Below, in pieces: positions 62,860-64,000 of a stretch of 64,000 nt of DNA (within the stretch, counting starts at the first letter, position 1; every line of letters begins with the position of its first letter). Location: assembly GCF_964355755.1 (NCBI RefSeq), contig NC_092673.1, positions 868,001-932,000 on the forward strand, read 5' to 3'. The stretch comes from Antedon mediterranea. Its lineage: Eukaryota > Animalia > Echinodermata. The position numbers and the translations under genes are program-made. The notes beneath the pieces are model-generated. The model saw only the letters and a program-made list of their open reading frames with translations. It had not been told where the DNA came from and searched no databases.

Positions 62860-63694
62860 AATAGTTGATTTAGTTAAATTATAATAAATATACATCCTCT
62901 TCAAATTTACTAAGAGACCATTACTTTCTTTTTTAACAACGCATGGTGCATGTTGCTTGTATACATAACAGTCAACAACAAACACTTAGGGGAATATATT
63001 TATATTATATTATAATATTTCAGAAGATTTTATTATTATACGATACTATAAATTAATGATACATTTTACAATCGTATCAAAGTCATATACTGAATCATGA
63101 GATCGATAAATGTACAAAGAACGTGCTTTCTTGTCAGTTTTATTGATATTAGTAACAGATGCTCGTTCGATCGATTTGCAACTGCCCCCTAATGTTATGA
63201 ATTCCAAAAAAAAGAATGTTACATTATAAGGAGTACACTCGACACGGCAGCGTTTGAATTGCTAAAGTGAGAACTGAAGGCTAGCTTAATTATTATATTC
63301 TAATTATAAGATACAATGATTATTATTTGTAATTTATAAAGCACCTTTCCAAAGATCAAATCTATGTACATAATTAACAATATCGACTAACATACAAAAG
63401 TGTGTTTTTTAAACAGCACTTTTGAAACAAGTAATTAGAAAAAAAACTGCGAGAACTATAATGAAGGATAGTTACTGGTATCTCTCGATTTAACCATTCA
63501 TTTCAGTATCTTATCAACTTTGGCCTTATGGTACGCATTTAATTGGGAATCCTAATTATTTTAAATAAATTCACCCGTATGTTGTTCCCATTACAACGAT
63601 TTGAAGTAACGTAAACGCGTTATGCGTCAAGAGTATACAAATAGCGTTGTAAACAGTTTGTTATTGTGTGAAAAATGTATAAGGTCTTTGCGGT

Positions 63695-63876
63695 AGCTTG
63701 GTTCCCACTTGGACGCACCGCAATGACGTAAGCTCAACGCAAGTGAGTTGACCAATCACAAGCGCCAGTTCAGATGATCCATCGCGTTGTTATTAAAAGC
63801 AATTTGACAAATGTTGTCAAATTGCTTGTGGTGCGTTTACGTCCTGGTTTGTGTCCACCAAGTGGGAACCAACCTT
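63695..63876. mobile_element. MITE family B copy (near full length)
   Basis: AGCTTGGTTCCCACTTGGACGCA...CAAGTGGGAACCAACCT. Confidence 0.75.
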
Positions 63877-64000
63877 TATAGATGACAGACGCGTTATACA
63901 TACAATCATATACACTTTTGTTTGCAAACACATTACTTTTTCTTCTTTTTGAAAACTTCAATTACCGTGTATCAATACATCTATAATCATTTCCAAATCT

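Noticed and set aside
62455-62985. ORFs with HAHYYL / VRADNN / CVQIIM repeats
   Set aside because: Translations of an 18-bp minisatellite; no start or splice context.

Overview
AT-rich (CpG-poor) intron-rich animal genomic DNA, most consistent with a marine invertebrate (inference). The window is organised around a head-to-head pair of cilia-associated genes separated by about 480 bp. CFAP46/TTC40 is on the minus strand: 27 phase-consistent exons traced from ATG 31619 down to 8567, about 1215 aa, and the gene continues off the left edge. PACRGL is on the plus strand: 7 exons, 32099-42943, 243 aa, complete. The most unusual content is nested antisense inside the >8.5 kb CFAP46 intron at the left edge: a tandem family of genes encoding a caspase-9-like CARD fused to a coiled coil with a basic C-terminus and no caspase domain. 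This comprises one complete 3-exon gene (4158-5698), the last exon of an upstream paralog (1-376), a phase-compatible alternative last exon (5851-6026) and an RFX X-box upstream. Mobile DNA includes a 5S-derived SINE, a Penelope-like (Naiad-type) 3' fragment with an intact hammerhead ribozyme, a Helentron-type element, a TTAA Kolobok element nested inside a TTGCGCAA-rich TIR element in PACRGL intron 1, an internally deleted Academ transposon, Nin/Deu- and tRNA-SINEs, LINE fragments, two Harbinger-like MITE families and many minisatellites. The region 51-64 kb has no confidently assignable coding gene.
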